From the NCBI GenBank assembly GCA_030264375.1, contig JASCQW010000098.1, positions 33,937,604 through 34,001,603 on the forward strand: DNA of 64,000 nucleotides, written 5' to 3'. Made by a program: the position numbers and the translations under genes. The stretch is from Carcharhinus longimanus. Its lineage: Eukaryota. Each line of letters opens with the position of its first letter. The first letter of the stretch is position 1. The notes under the pieces were generated by a model, which made no database searches, was not told the origin of the DNA, and was given only the letters and a program-made list of their open reading frames with translations. Below, in pieces: positions 63,709 to 64,000 of this stretch.

Positions 63709-64000
63709 CGACAACTATACTTACAAAATACACTTTTTTGCTTCATATGATTATGCATTTATGATCTCCCAACTGTAAATGTCTCCTATGAAATCCAACA
63801 GTCAACTTTAAAATTACTTCTCTTATCTAACTAATGAAAATTCCTGGTTACGCTGCTTCCCTAACCCCATTTATTACCATTTCAGTAACACGCCTTCACC
63901 TTCACACCTGCTATATTAATTTGCAATCTAAATATCTCCTGTTTAATTAAACCAGTCACACTCATGCTCACGCACACATACTTGTTTCCCAACATAAGAT

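Noticed and set aside
1-64000. Prokaryotic-type systems (CRISPR arrays, operons, defence islands) or an intact host gene
   Set aside because: Sequence is vertebrate repeat-rich DNA with no regularly spaced repeat-spacer array, no long intact ORF and no consistent exon chain

Overview
Repeat-dominated, AT-rich vertebrate DNA from a draft assembly with several N gaps, most of about 100 bases. The repeats (HE1-type V-SINEs, CR1/HER1-type LINEs, a DeuSINE, Penelope-like elements) point to a cartilaginous fish, most likely a shark; this is an inference. I found no intact host protein-coding gene, so this looks like intergenic DNA or a very large intron. Nearly all ORFs in the track are transposon fragments, gap artefacts or low-complexity noise. 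Main content: (i) a decayed env-bearing LTR retroelement/ERV on the minus strand (~15.9-20.1 kb: gag, possible integrase remnant, central PPT-like tract, fusion-glycoprotein-like env, PPT, 3' LTR), interrupted by a pogo/Tigger-like MITE and a CR1; (ii) three PIF/Harbinger transposase fossils, one retaining the convergent Myb-like + transposase layout; (iii) a Penelope-like element with GIY-YIG and a hammerhead-ribozyme core, plus three mini insertions of the same family with 13-15 bp TSDs; (iv) Gypsy gag-pro, L2, Rex1/Babar, RTE and CR1 fossils, a hAT MITE and a tRNA-Ser pseudogene. All family calls come from manual translation and recalled motifs, not database searches. Boundaries are approximate unless a TSD or TIR is quoted.
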